Part shown: positions 46,917 through 56,426 of the stretch, piece after piece | Position numbering within the stretch: the stretch's first letter is position 1 | Layout: each line of letters starts with the position of its first letter | Program-made: the position numbers and the translations under genes | Notes under the pieces: generated by a model | What the model was told of the DNA's origin: nothing | What the model saw: only the letters and a program-made list of their open reading frames with translations | Databases searched by the model: none | DNA from: Chitinophaga pinensis | GTDB lineage: Bacteria; Bacteroidota; Bacteroidia; UKL13-3 | DNA length: 64,000 nucleotides | Direction of reading: 5' to 3' | Assembly: GCA_945873755.1 (NCBI GenBank) | Contig: CAMCEM010000001.1 | Span: 19,469-83,468, forward strand

Positions 46917-47950
46917 TATGGTTGAAATGGAGTAAAGTAAGTAAACGAAGCAAAATCTAACCCAACACGGGTAGCACCCGAAGTTCCTGGTTGAGCCAAT
47001 AATAAAAATTGAACAGCGCTAATTCTATCTAATTCTTTTTTTCCATTTCTATCGGTATTTCCAAATCCTCCTGAGGTTGAAATTTTAGTTTCGTCATAAG
47101 TAAAACTTACCAATTTCCATCCTAACCAATCTATTTTCATTCGGTAATTATAAGTTCCTTCCTCTGCAGGTTGGTAAGTTCCATCTAAGTTGTCATCTTC
47201 TTGAAACTCTACACTTAATTCTGATTTATTATCGCCCCAACCATACACATAAGCGTTAAAGAAAACTTTTTTAGGATTATCGGTCGAAAACTTGAAATAA
47301 TTTGCTGTAGTGCCTTGGCTAATTTTAGCACTAAGCCCCATGCCACAAATAAACAAACTTGCTGTAGGACCATGATTACCAGCCAAAGCAAAAAACCTTG
47401 TTTTTTCGGCTGGAGAAGTTCCAGAATAATTAACAGCAGTTGAATTATACGATTGTTGACCTTCGGTAAAAGTATTGTAAGCGCGTTGTGGACTTTCAAA
47501 ATCATCTATTAAAATATCTACTGTTGGAGTTGGTCTTGCTCCAGCAATTGTAATGGTATCTGAGTACAAAGTATCGGGATAATCTTCAAAAGTCATTCTT
47601 GCAACTACAGGTTCATTTTTTCTAAAAAATGGCGCAAAAGTAATGCTTCCATTCCAAGTAATTTGATTGGTTGAAAAATCTTTATCATTTCCATTGAACA
47701 CTTTACGAGCACCGCTATTTAAACCAATGACTTCAATTGTCCAACTCGTCCTAATAGATAATTTAGTGGAATAAACTACTGTATTGCCTAAGCTAAAATC
47801 AGGCAGTTTAATAGAAGCTTTTAAAGGATCTAATACTTTAAACTCACCAAAAATATCAACCAATTCTGGCCCTTCAATGGCTGTTTCTTTTTTGCACGAT
47901 GAAGTAACTATCAACGCAATAATGCCTATGTATAAAAATATTTTTTTCAT
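46916..47950 (-). CDS. hypothetical surface lipoprotein (C-terminal CBM-like fold)
   Basis: VTSSCKKE lipobox. 344 aa. It overlaps the next gene by 1 nt (ATGA-type junction). Confidence 0.45.
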   Translation of the reverse strand: MKKIFLYIGIIALIVTSSCKKETAIEGPELVDIFGEFKVLDPLKASIKLPDFSLGNTVVYSTKLSIRTSWTIEVIGLNSGARKVFNGNDKDFSTNQITWNGSITFAPFFRKNEPVVARMTFEDYPDTLYSDTITIAGARPTPTVDILIDDFESPQRAYNTFTEGQQSYNSTAVNYSGTSPAEKTRFFALAGNHGPTASLFICGMGLSAKISQGTTANYFKFSTDNPKKVFFNAYVYGWGDNKSELSVEFQEDDNLDGTYQPAEEGTYNYRMKIDWLGWKLVSFTYDETKISTSGGFGNTDRNGKKELDRISAVQFLLLAQPGTSGATRVGLDFASFTYFTPFQP

Positions 47951-47959
47951 TATTTTTTA

Positions 47960-49681
47960 TTAAAAGAATAAGTTATAAATTACTGCTAAACGATTGATTG
48001 TATATTGATTATCAGCCAATAATTTATTGTTCCAATCAGCTTGCTGATATTGAATTTTTAAACAATTATTTTTACTAAACTGGTAGTTTATTCCACCTAA
48101 CAAAATAGTTTCTTGCAAGTCGGCATTAAACGATTTGTAAAAAATAATTTCATTGAAAGAATTACGTTGCGCAAGGAATTCATTTCCTTTTGCATTCAAT
48201 AAAATACAAGCTAATTGTAAATCAAGGTTAGGTAATATTTCATATTCAAAACCTACTTTTATTTGTGAAGTTTTTAAATCTATTTTATCAATGCTTTCTG
48301 TACCTGTTCTACTTGTGTTTTGTTGTTTTACAAATACGCCAACATGTACCTTCTTTTTTCCTTTGTATAATTCATTTACACCTAAATCAGCCATTATTTC
48401 TAAGTTAGTAAAATCTCTGATGGCTGTGGTACCTTGTCCGGTAATTTCGTTATAAAAAGAAGCATTTCCACTTATTTTAATTAAGTTTTTATTGCTATGA
48501 TACCAACCAAATTTAAAATCAGATCCTTGTCGGTTTGGAGTTGCTTTTCCGTAAGGCAACATATTTTCGTAAGCAGGATTGTAATCTCTTAATGTTGGAC
48601 TCAAAAACATATTGTAATAATTGCCATCGGTTAAAACCGAAAGTAAGTTTATTGGTCTTACAGATTCTCTATTTGTGTAATATGGATATTCGCTGGCAAC
48701 AGCATTAAAATCAACTCTTCTGCTTTGAGCACCTACACTACGAAAAGTAGTTTCTACACTGCGTAAATTTAAACCAAAATTCCAATTACTTTTTTTGTTT
48801 TCAATATTTAAACCGCCATCTAAAAACATACCATCTTTGATGGAAGGAGCAGTAGGGTTGTTTTTAAAATTTACATTCGATTGACCAAGTTCAGCGTTTA
48901 AATCAATTTTAAGTTTGTTTAAGTTAAAAAGTTCTTTTATTTCAAAACTATTTACACTGTTATTAAACAATGCATTGCTAAACATAGCCGAGTTTTCTAC
49001 ATCAAAAGTATTGGTATAGTTATAAGCCAAGTTTAATTGATTAAACAATTTTGCTTGAATAGTACTACCAGAAAAAAGCCTATCAGGACTGCTAAAATAA
49101 TCAGTTTGGCGGTTTTTAGTTATTAAGCTAGTAATATGGATATGGTTTAAATACTTATCAAAATCAAATCCAATATTGGCAGTTGCACCTTGTTGACGCC
49201 ATGAGTTTTGGCCATAAAACTTATCGTAATTAATTACTTCGCTAAAAGTATTAAAAGCCGCAGGATTACTTTGACTTAATTCTCCATTGTTATTAAACAA
49301 AGTATATGCTGTCATGCGAGTATTTAAATCGCCCACTTGGTATTTAATACGATTAAACATAAGGCCACGTAAATACAACTCGCGTAAATTAAAAATTATT
49401 CCACCTCCCCAAAAACCATTAATTTCGTTCTGTACTCGGGTTATGGCTTTTATTTCGGTATTTTCTGATGGACGAATATGGAAACCTAAATCAAACAACG
49501 TAGTTCCAGTCATTTGCTTGCGCGCAGTGGTAGTATCTTTATCAATTAGTTTACCCGATAAGCTACTGTTATTTAAAGTAAACCTTCCTGAGCCAAAGAA
49601 ATCAATCTTTTTTTCTTGGGCTTTTATTGCCAAAGGCAATAAACCCAAACATAAAAACAGGTATATATAAAAATGCTTCAT
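47960..49681 (-). CDS. predicted outer-membrane beta-barrel protein without a TonB plug (porin-like)
   Basis: I prefer the start MKHFYIYLFLCLGLLPLAIKAQ at 49681. Alternating beta-strand pattern, and the C-terminus ends ...IYNLFF (terminal aromatic). Confidence 0.5.
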   Translation of the reverse strand: MKHFYIYLFLCLGLLPLAIKAQEKKIDFFGSGRFTLNNSSLSGKLIDKDTTTARKQMTGTTLFDLGFHIRPSENTEIKAITRVQNEINGFWGGGIIFNLRELYLRGLMFNRIKYQVGDLNTRMTAYTLFNNNGELSQSNPAAFNTFSEVINYDKFYGQNSWRQQGATANIGFDFDKYLNHIHITSLITKNRQTDYFSSPDRLFSGSTIQAKLFNQLNLAYNYTNTFDVENSAMFSNALFNNSVNSFEIKELFNLNKLKIDLNAELGQSNVNFKNNPTAPSIKDGMFLDGGLNIENKKSNWNFGLNLRSVETTFRSVGAQSRRVDFNAVASEYPYYTNRESVRPINLLSVLTDGNYYNMFLSPTLRDYNPAYENMLPYGKATPNRQGSDFKFGWYHSNKNLIKISGNASFYNEITGQGTTAIRDFTNLEIMADLGVNELYKGKKKVHVGVFVKQQNTSRTGTESIDKIDLKTSQIKVGFEYEILPNLDLQLACILLNAKGNEFLAQRNSFNEIIFYKSFNADLQETILLGGINYQFSKNNCLKIQYQQADWNNKLLADNQYTINRLAVIYNLFF

Positions 49682-49682
49682 T

Positions 49683-51608
49683 TTAAAAATATAATTTAAG
49701 TTCAATGGTAGTTTCTGTTCCTTTAATATTGTCTTTTACAAAACTCTTGTCTTCTTGGCTAAACCAACGTCTTCTAATGTATAAATTGGTGTTTTTAGCT
49801 ACTGCAAAATCTAAACCTAATCCAAACAAGTTAGATTCTTGGTTGATACTGTTATTGGTTATGTTCCCTAATTTTCCATCCACGTTATCGCCTTTATTTA
49901 ATTGGGTATTACCAGTTATGTACTCTTTACCAAAAGTGGTAATTAAACTTACTTCTTTATTTAGCATAAATATAGCATCAAATTCATGGTAAAAAGTACG
50001 TAGATATGCTTTATTGCTGAATTCAGGAATAAAACTAAATGCAGGTTGAGCAGAGCCAAATGAACCCACATACAACAAATAAAAAGGCATCCAAGGAAAG
50101 TTAACTTTTTGTTTTACTTGCACCTGTAACATATTAAAATTGGTGAGTGTTTTGGGCATTCCTACCGAGTTAGTGTCGGTAATTTCCATTGATTGAGAAA
50201 ACCCTCTGAAGTAAGAAGTCCAATTGCTATAAGCACCCACATTATTTACAAAAGGTACAAAACGCGAAAAAGGCAACGCATTTATTTTATGGCCAAAAGC
50301 CAATGTTCGTCCCATAGATTTTATTTCGCTCGAAACCATATTGCCTACATTAATTTTAGTGCTTTTAGTAATGTCTAACCAAAAGTTAAAACTAAAACCT
50401 TTGCGGTTATTGCTTATTTGACCAACATCGGTTATAGAGCCAGCAAAGTTGCTTATACCGCCACTTCCTCCTGTAGATGAGCCTGTTTGATTAATAGCTG
50501 CAGAGCTTAAAAAAGCGGTATTAGAACTTAAAAAATTTCCATAGTAGTTTACAAACTGCGGACTCATATAGAATCCTTCAAAATCAAAAGGTATTTTAGT
50601 AATTTTAGCTGGAGTAGTAATTTTCACTCTTACTGCCTCGCCCCAACCTTCTTTTTGTACTTTTGAATACAATTGTCCTCTGCCAAACTCGGCCGATAAA
50701 TCAAAACCCTTATATGATAAATCATAAGAAATTGTTTGAAGTTGAATTCCAGCTTCCTCAATTGCTAAAGAATCTAAAAATGAAGTATAGTTCATGGTAT
50801 TAAAACTTAATGTTTGGTTTTTAAATTGTTTTTTCAATCTAAAACCAACAGTATAAGCAGGTATTCGGCTCCCAACAACTGCTTGTATTGGCGTAACACC
50901 ATATAAAAACCTAAACGAAAAATTGTGAGGAAGTTCATTTCCATCTATCATCATTCCTTTAAAAGCCTGCATACCAAATCGCATATCGCGGTTTATGTTA
51001 CCATATTCAAAATAGTTTGATGCCCTGTCGTAAGTAACTGCATTATTTTCCCAAGGTATTCGTTCATAAATACTAAAACGCTGGTATCCTACAAAACTAC
51101 TAAAAAGCATTCCACTCATGTCGGTCCAGTTAATACCACCCATATGGGCAGTAAATTTTCCAACATCTGTTTGAATACTTCCTGTTAAGTTAATGCCTAA
51201 ATTTAGGTTTACAGGACTGTTGCCAGGATTACCAGAAAAATTATGGTATAATGCGTAATCCATTCCAATAAAAGTTTTTGAAGTTGGTTGAACCGAAACA
51301 TTTAAAAGCATTAATGGAGGATCGCGGTATACATCTCCAGTTCCTAATATGTTAGGCGGTGCGCTAGCAAAAGCATTTCCCGGAATTACTACAAATGGTT
51401 GTTCCAAAGCGCGGTTTATACCAAAAAAACGGTAGTAACCATTTACATTCAACTTTTTTAATGGAATTAACCCTTGAGGCCCAGAAGAAATGAGCTTTTC
51501 AAAATAGCTTGAATCTACATTTTGAGCCATTAAATTTGAATTGTTAAATACAAAAATAACGATAAACAAAAGGTATAAATACCGGTTAAAATTGTAAAAT
51601 GTTTTCAA
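49683..51608 (-). CDS. predicted outer-membrane beta-barrel protein without a TonB plug
   Basis: 641 aa. Signal peptide ...NSNLMAQ. Gly/aromatic-rich beta pattern. The C-terminus ends ...IELKLYF. Confidence 0.5.
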   Translation of the reverse strand: MKTFYNFNRYLYLLFIVIFVFNNSNLMAQNVDSSYFEKLISSGPQGLIPLKKLNVNGYYRFFGINRALEQPFVVIPGNAFASAPPNILGTGDVYRDPPLMLLNVSVQPTSKTFIGMDYALYHNFSGNPGNSPVNLNLGINLTGSIQTDVGKFTAHMGGINWTDMSGMLFSSFVGYQRFSIYERIPWENNAVTYDRASNYFEYGNINRDMRFGMQAFKGMMIDGNELPHNFSFRFLYGVTPIQAVVGSRIPAYTVGFRLKKQFKNQTLSFNTMNYTSFLDSLAIEEAGIQLQTISYDLSYKGFDLSAEFGRGQLYSKVQKEGWGEAVRVKITTPAKITKIPFDFEGFYMSPQFVNYYGNFLSSNTAFLSSAAINQTGSSTGGSGGISNFAGSITDVGQISNNRKGFSFNFWLDITKSTKINVGNMVSSEIKSMGRTLAFGHKINALPFSRFVPFVNNVGAYSNWTSYFRGFSQSMEITDTNSVGMPKTLTNFNMLQVQVKQKVNFPWMPFYLLYVGSFGSAQPAFSFIPEFSNKAYLRTFYHEFDAIFMLNKEVSLITTFGKEYITGNTQLNKGDNVDGKLGNITNNSINQESNLFGLGLDFAVAKNTNLYIRRRWFSQEDKSFVKDNIKGTETTIELKLYF

Positions 51609-51807
51609 ATTCTAATGTTTATGAAAAAACGAATATATTTAGTTAAATAATAAAACAATTTAATTTGCACCCAACTCACCTACTTCAATAAACTATAAAA
51701 TACAAAACAGCTACTACATAGCTACTACACAATTTTACAAAGAATTGTAAGTAAATATTTTAATTAATTTTTTTTGAGAATAAATATACTATTTTTGAAA
51801 TACAAAT

Positions 51808-54693
51808 ATGTTCGAATACCATAAGATAATTATGAATAAAATATTTTCCTGCTGCCTTTTTTTGTGTTTGAGTAACCTTGCAATTAGTCAAAGTTATTTA
51901 TCGAACCCTGTTATAAAAAATTACCCCAAAAATATTTACAATGGAGGAACTCAAACATGGGATATAAGCGAAGGGTATAATGGACTTGTTTTCTTTGCCA
52001 ATAACGATGGATTATTAGTTTTTGATGGAGATAAATACACTAAATTTCCGTTGCCCAAAAACACTATTTTACGGTCTATTTTTTTCGATGATAAAACCAA
52101 TAGAATATATGCGGGTGGTCAAAATGAGATAGGCTTTTATAAAATTAATAAAAATGGTTCTATTGAATTTGAATCGTTGGCTAACTTATTGCCCGCTAAC
52201 CTAAAAGGGTTTGAAGATATTTGGAATATAGAAACTTTCGAAAATAATGTTTACTTCCAAACCAATACCCATATATTTATTTTTAATGGAAAAACAATTA
52301 CAAGCATTTCGCCATCGAGTAATAATTTAGAAAACTTATATAAAGTAAGAAATGAAATATTTGTAACTGATGGAGTAGGGGCAATTTTTAAAATTATTGA
52401 TTTTAATTTCACCCAAATAATTACTAAATCAAATCTTGATATTTCATCGTTACTGCCATTTGGCAAAAATGATATTTTAATAACAACCTATAAAAATGGA
52501 ATTTTTGTTTTAAAGAATAATGAAATTACAAAACCTTTTAAAAACGACAATATTCTTAAAACTAACAGAATATATAAAGCCTGTTTGCTAGGCAATATTT
52601 ATATTTTGGCTAGTAACCGAGCCGGAGTTTTCTTTTTAGATAGTTTGGGTAATATTTTAAATAATATTGATATAAAAGATGGCCTACAAAACAACAATGT
52701 TTTATCGTTATTTAAAGATAGAAATAATAACCTTTGGCTGGGTTTGGATAATGGAATTGATTTAGTAAGGCTCAATTATCCATTTGGATACATACAACCC
52801 GATGGCTTTTTAAAAGGTACGGGTTATGCAGTAAATGAATTTAACAATTATTATTATTTTGGAACCAATAATGGCTTATATGTTCGTTTAAAAAACAATA
52901 ATTCATCTGATGCTTTTCAATTAGTTGAAAACACTGAAGGCCAGGTATGGTCGGTTCAGGTTATTAATAATAAACTACTGGTTTGCCACCATGAAGGTTT
53001 GTTTGAAGTAAATGGTTTTAAAGCGAATAAAATATTAGATATAAGAGGCTGTTGGAAATTAATAACCTTAGAAAAAAACGTTGGAAACTTTGTTCTTGGA
53101 ACTTACAAAGGCTTGTTTTTATTAAAATTAGAAAACAACAACTTTGTATTAAAAACCAAATTAAATAGATTTAAGGAATCGAGTAGGTTTTTAGAAGAAG
53201 ATGAGAATGGTAATATTTGGGTTGGACATCCATACAAAGGAATTTATAAAATAACACTAAATAAAGATTTACAAAGTGTGCAACAAGTAAAGCTTTACAA
53301 TAAAAAAGATGGCCTTCCAAATGATTTTGAAAACTATGTTTTTTCAACCGATATAGGTTTAACATTTGCTACAACTAATGGAATTTATAAATACCGAACC
53401 GACTTAGATAAATTTGAAATCAACAAATCGTTTATAAATTTACTTGATACATTAAAAAACTACAAACGAATTTTTAATGGAAAAAACGGAAATATATGGT
53501 TTATAACTAACCAAGAAATAGGATACTTGAAGCCAAAATACAATGGTTTTGAATACAATTATTCTAAATACATTTTACCTAAACTTGATCAAAATTTAGT
53601 TGGTGGTTTTGAGTTTTTAAATGAGTGCAGCGATGGAAATATTTTTATTGGTGTTGAAACTGGTTTTGAGAATATTAATATGAACCAAATAAAACGATTT
53701 ACAATTCAATTACCATCAGTTATGGTTACTAATATTAGCTCTTTAAATCAATTAGATTCCATTTTTTACAAATACATCAATTCAACCGAAAACGTTTTAG
53801 TTATTGACAATAAATCTATTGAGTTTTCTTTCAGTTCGCCCAATTCATATTATTACAAAGATTTATTGTTTTCGAGTTATTTAGAAGGTTGGGAAAAAAA
53901 ATGGTCGCCCTGGAAAACAAGTAATTTCAGAGAATTTAGTAGGCTTTCATATGGCGATTATGTGTTTCATATAAAAGCAAAGTGCATGGATTTAGAAGGT
54001 CCGGAAACCATAATAAAAATACGCATTTTGGCACCTTGGTATTTTAATAAATATGCTAAATTTATTTATGCAATACTTACCATTTTAATATTGGTAATGA
54101 TTGGTTTTTATCCTCAAATGTTGGTTAGGAAAAAAGCATCGAAAGAAATTGCCGAAAAAGACAGTTATTTTAAACAACAAACCGAAACTTTAAGGTTAGA
54201 AAAAGACCGGCAGGAAAAGGAACTAATTGAGTTAAAAAATCAACAATTATTGCTAGAAGTGGAACATCAAGGCAAAGAATTGGCATCTTCAACAATGCAT
54301 ATTGTTCAAAAAAGTGAAAAACTGCTTTCTATAAAAGATAAATTAAAACATATTTTACAAGTAAGCAACGACCCTAAAATTAAACCTGAAATAAGTGAGT
54401 TAATAAAAGACATTGATAAAGATACTTTAATAGATAAGGATTGGGAAAAATTTGAATTGTATTTTAATAATATACATGAAAGTTTTACCCAAAGTTTAAA
54501 AGCTAAATTTCCTTTACTTTCTCCCAACGACATTAAAATGTGTGCTTATTTACGCATGAATTTATCAACCAAAGAAATCTCTTCTATTTTAAATATATCA
54601 ACCCGAGGAGTTGAAATTAGCCGTTATCGTTTACGTAAAAAAATGGAGCTAGATGCAGGCACCAATTTAACAGATTACCTATCGAGATTATAG
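51808..54693 (+). CDS. one-component PUL regulator: periplasmic beta-propeller repeats + YYY domain + TM helix + LuxR-type HTH
   Basis: 961 aa. Repeated two-component-regulator-propeller-like units. The TM segment is AKFIYAILTILILVMIGFY. C-terminal LSPNDIKMCAYLRMNLSTKEISSILNISTRGVEISRYRLRKKM. No HisKA or HATPase motifs. The true start may be the ATG at 51832 (MNKIFSCC...). Confidence 0.8.
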   Translation: MFEYHKIIMNKIFSCCLFLCLSNLAISQSYLSNPVIKNYPKNIYNGGTQTWDISEGYNGLVFFANNDGLLVFDGDKYTKFPLPKNTILRSIFFDDKTNRIYAGGQNEIGFYKINKNGSIEFESLANLLPANLKGFEDIWNIETFENNVYFQTNTHIFIFNGKTITSISPSSNNLENLYKVRNEIFVTDGVGAIFKIIDFNFTQIITKSNLDISSLLPFGKNDILITTYKNGIFVLKNNEITKPFKNDNILKTNRIYKACLLGNIYILASNRAGVFFLDSLGNILNNIDIKDGLQNNNVLSLFKDRNNNLWLGLDNGIDLVRLNYPFGYIQPDGFLKGTGYAVNEFNNYYYFGTNNGLYVRLKNNNSSDAFQLVENTEGQVWSVQVINNKLLVCHHEGLFEVNGFKANKILDIRGCWKLITLEKNVGNFVLGTYKGLFLLKLENNNFVLKTKLNRFKESSRFLEEDENGNIWVGHPYKGIYKITLNKDLQSVQQVKLYNKKDGLPNDFENYVFSTDIGLTFATTNGIYKYRTDLDKFEINKSFINLLDTLKNYKRIFNGKNGNIWFITNQEIGYLKPKYNGFEYNYSKYILPKLDQNLVGGFEFLNECSDGNIFIGVETGFENINMNQIKRFTIQLPSVMVTNISSLNQLDSIFYKYINSTENVLVIDNKSIEFSFSSPNSYYYKDLLFSSYLEGWEKKWSPWKTSNFREFSRLSYGDYVFHIKAKCMDLEGPETIIKIRILAPWYFNKYAKFIYAILTILILVMIGFYPQMLVRKKASKEIAEKDSYFKQQTETLRLEKDRQEKELIELKNQQLLLEVEHQGKELASSTMHIVQKSEKLLSIKDKLKHILQVSNDPKIKPEISELIKDIDKDTLIDKDWEKFELYFNNIHESFTQSLKAKFPLLSPNDIKMCAYLRMNLSTKEISSILNISTRGVEISRYRLRKKMELDAGTNLTDYLSRL

Positions 54694-54748
54694 TAGTTAA
54701 TACTATTAATTTATTAATGGAAATGAAAAACTTGATTAATTTTCAATT

Positions 54749-54766
54749 ACGGAAAGTACTTTCCGT
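54749..54766 (+). terminator. perfect 18-bp palindrome after the regulator gene (possible terminator)
   Basis: acggaaagt/actttccgt lies 56 nt after the stop. The downstream T-run is weak. Confidence 0.4.
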
Positions 54767-54917
54767 TTGAACTCTTTCTTTTGCTTTTTAATAAAATATA
54801 ATACTAAGGCGAAGTATATGGAATTAACACCAACCTCGAACTAATGTGAAAATGATGTAACTTATATAAACAATTGTGTAAGGGTTTAAACATAATAGTC
54901 AAAACCTTTGTGGTGTT

Positions 54918-54992
54918 ATGAAAAATTTAAAAAATTGTATCGATGCATGTTTAGCTTGTGTGATTTCATGCGAAAGTGGTACTACCAATTGA
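54918..54992 (+). pseudogene. N-terminal fragment of a DUF326-type Cys-rich four-helix-bundle (metal-binding) protein
   Basis: MKNLKNCIDACLACVISCESGTTN*: 24 codons carrying the characteristic C-x2-AC-x2-C-x3-C spacing, then a stop. Confidence 0.45.
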
Positions 54993-55146
54993 ACTTTGGA
55001 GTAACGAAGTAATACAACAAAAACTTACTTATATTCATAATAATTGGGTGGCAATGGGTTTGGTTAATGAACCTTGGCATTGGAAATATAGCAGTGCAAT
55101 TGATTATGCTGGAGGTAAATGTTTGCTCGATTTGGTAATGATATAG
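54991..55146 (+). pseudogene. C-terminal fragment of an IS200-like Y1 (REP-associated, RayT-like) transposase
   Basis: ELWSNEVIQQKLTYIHNNWVAMGLVNEPWHWKYSSAIDYAGGKCLLDLVMI* matches the conserved tail (..KL.YIHNNPV..GLV..PE.W.YSSA.DY..). There is no N-terminal HUH or Tyr region. It starts exactly where the DUF326 fragment stops. Confidence 0.5.
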
Positions 55147-55175
55147 ATTAAAGTTACAAACTTTAATTACTTAAC

Positions 55176-55218
55176 CTCACAAGTGACTCACGCCTTGCGT
55201 GATTAACATTTGCAAGAG
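55176..55218 (+). repeat. REP-like repeat, copy A
   Basis: ctcacaagtgactcacgccttgcgtgattaacatttgcaagag, containing the hairpin tcacgc-ctt-gcgtga. Confidence 0.8.
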
Positions 55219-55332
55219 CTATTGGAAAAGGAAGGTAGTCCAATTATTAAAATGTTAAATACCGATTAGGTAGGTGTTAAAACAAATTTATGGGGCTTTT
55301 ATAATACCACTTAAATAGTATACCTAAAGCAT

Positions 55333-55372
55333 TATGTAAAAGTCAATTCACGCCTTGTGATAATTACATAAA
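55333..55372 (+). repeat. REP-like repeat, degenerate copy A'
   Basis: tgtaaaagtcaattcacgccttgtgataattacat aligns with copy A. Confidence 0.6.
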
Positions 55373-55439
55373 AGTTCCAACCAATTCAAATTTACTTGCC
55401 TGCAACAAAAAGTGTTTTGTGTTTGGAAAAAAAAACAGG

Positions 55440-55447
55440 TATGTTTG
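55440..55447 (+). promoter_or_regulatory. Bacteroidota -7 promoter box (TAnnTTTG) with an upstream TTTTG
   Basis: TTTTG-(20 nt)-TATGTTTG lies 124 nt upstream of the CDF transporter ATG. It is part of a module duplicated at 61490-61545. Confidence 0.45.
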
Positions 55448-55570
55448 AATTTATAAACCTTCCTTAAACAACCCGAAATTGGATAGATATAGGAAGGTTT
55501 TAGGAAAAAACATTCCTATATAAACAAGTTAGCAGTAATGGTAGGACGACCCAGCCGAAAGAGATAAAGA

Positions 55571-56368
55571 ATGAAAAAAACGACATTTAAAATATCAAAA
55601 ATGGACTGCCCATCCGAAGAACAAATGATACGGATGAAACTTGCCGACTTGACAAATATCAACTCGTTGGACTTTGATATACCTAACAGACAACTGACCG
55701 TTTTTCACACCGACAACCACGACCAAATTTTTCAGCGACTTGACAACTTAAAGTTTGACACTTCACTTATTAACAGCGTTTCGGTAAACAATTTTACTGA
55801 AAAGACAAACAGTGTAGATCAAGAGAAAAAATTACTTTGGCAAGTTTTAGCAATTAACCTTTTCTTTTTTGTACTTGAAATTACGACAGGTTTCATTTCA
55901 AACTCAATGGGACTTGTTGCCGACAGTTTGGATATGCTTGCCGACAGTATTGTTTACGGACTTGCACTTTTTGCAGTCGGTGGGACAATGACACGAAAGA
56001 AAAATATTGCAAAATCGGCTGGTTATTTTCAGTTGACACTTGCCGTTTTCGGTTTAATAGAAGTAGTCAGACGATTTGTTGGGACTGAAACAATTCCTGC
56101 ATTTCAGACAATGATTATTATTTCAATTCTTGCACTTATTGGCAATGGACTTTGTTTGTATTTACTGCAAAAAAGTAAAAGCAAAGAAGCACATATGCAA
56201 GCAAGTATGATTTTTACATCAAATGACGTAATTGTAAATCTTGGAGTTATTGTAGCAGGTGGACTTGTTTACTTGACAAACTCAAAATATCCTGACCTTA
56301 TCGTTGGGACAATTGTATTTTTCATCGTTGGACAAGGGGCATTTAAAATTCTAAAACTATCAAAATGA
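55571..56368 (+). CDS. cation-diffusion-facilitator-type divalent metal transporter with an N-terminal HMA-like domain
   Basis: KISKMDCPSEEQMIRMKL (metal-binding-domain-like). VADSLDMLADS (TM2 DxxxD-type site) and the TM5 SNDVIVNLGVIVAG. No C-terminal cytoplasmic domain. Confidence 0.7.
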   Translation: MKKTTFKISKMDCPSEEQMIRMKLADLTNINSLDFDIPNRQLTVFHTDNHDQIFQRLDNLKFDTSLINSVSVNNFTEKTNSVDQEKKLLWQVLAINLFFFVLEITTGFISNSMGLVADSLDMLADSIVYGLALFAVGGTMTRKKNIAKSAGYFQLTLAVFGLIEVVRRFVGTETIPAFQTMIIISILALIGNGLCLYLLQKSKSKEAHMQASMIFTSNDVIVNLGVIVAGGLVYLTNSKYPDLIVGTIVFFIVGQGAFKILKLSK

Positions 56369-56426
56369 CGACAGAAAGAAGAACTGTCTCGTCCTAGAAT
56401 AGGTTTACACAAAAAAGTGTAAACAA

